Positions 62,643-62,686 of a DNA stretch of 62,686 nucleotides are shown in pieces (position 1 is the stretch's first letter; every line of letters starts with the position of its first letter). The translations under genes and the position numbers were made by a program. The notes under the pieces are model-generated. The model saw only the letters and a program-made list of their open reading frames with translations. It ran no database searches and was not told the DNA's origin. The DNA is taken from contig CAIWMA010000182.1 of the NCBI GenBank assembly GCA_903913645.1, positions 1 to 62,686 on the forward strand. The letters run 5' to 3'. The DNA is from an uncultured Bacteroidales bacterium (GTDB taxonomy: Bacteria > Bacteroidota > Bacteroidia > Bacteroidales > UBA4417).

Positions 62643-62686
62643 GCCATAAGTAATGACTTTTTTAATCTGACATTTAAATAAATAAT

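Overview
This 62.7-kb chromosomal segment looks like a Bacteroidota genome. Evidence: a T9SS C-terminal sorting domain on a secreted S8 protease, a FeoA-FeoB fusion next to the small Cys-rich FeoB-associated protein, TAnnTTTG-type -7 boxes and little Shine-Dalgarno signal. It holds about 60 protein genes, mostly housekeeping: tRNA-Ser(UGA); an ArsR-headed thiol/redox membrane cluster; lipoate ligase; rplS and trmD; ndk; FKBP isomerases; uvrB; mutL with two rhomboids; a RelA/SpoT homologue; nth, bcp, recA; feoAB; an Rrf2/Fe-S/cupin cluster that looks like a nitrosative-stress set; ABC-F; a cold-shock protein; pckA; fabF; a DEAD-box helicase; TolC. I saw no CRISPR array, transposase, integrase or recognisable defence gene. 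The stand-out is 39.5-40.4 kb. It is about 0.9 kb with no credible ORF and is G+C- and purine-rich and T-poor on the + strand. It is packed with short helices capped by GNRA, UNCG or CUUG tetraloops, and a Bacteroidota-like promoter and an intrinsic terminator bracket it. I read it as a large structured ncRNA that I cannot assign to a named class. Other observations: (1) a set of phased 7-8-nt microrepeat arms abuts start and stop codons in several intergenic gaps, and one inverted pair encloses a four-helix-bundle (23S rRNA IVS-protein / Avd-like) gene carrying an in-frame TAA; (2) a 1-kb AT-rich ORF-free region is loaded with GTTTAC/GTAAAC hexamers upstream of an XRE-type regulator; (3) two tandem Rrf2 regulator genes share an operator-like box; (4) an 11-mer-repeat amphipathic protein gene sits between trmD and rplS. 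All calls come from reading the sequence and ORF translations. No database search was run.
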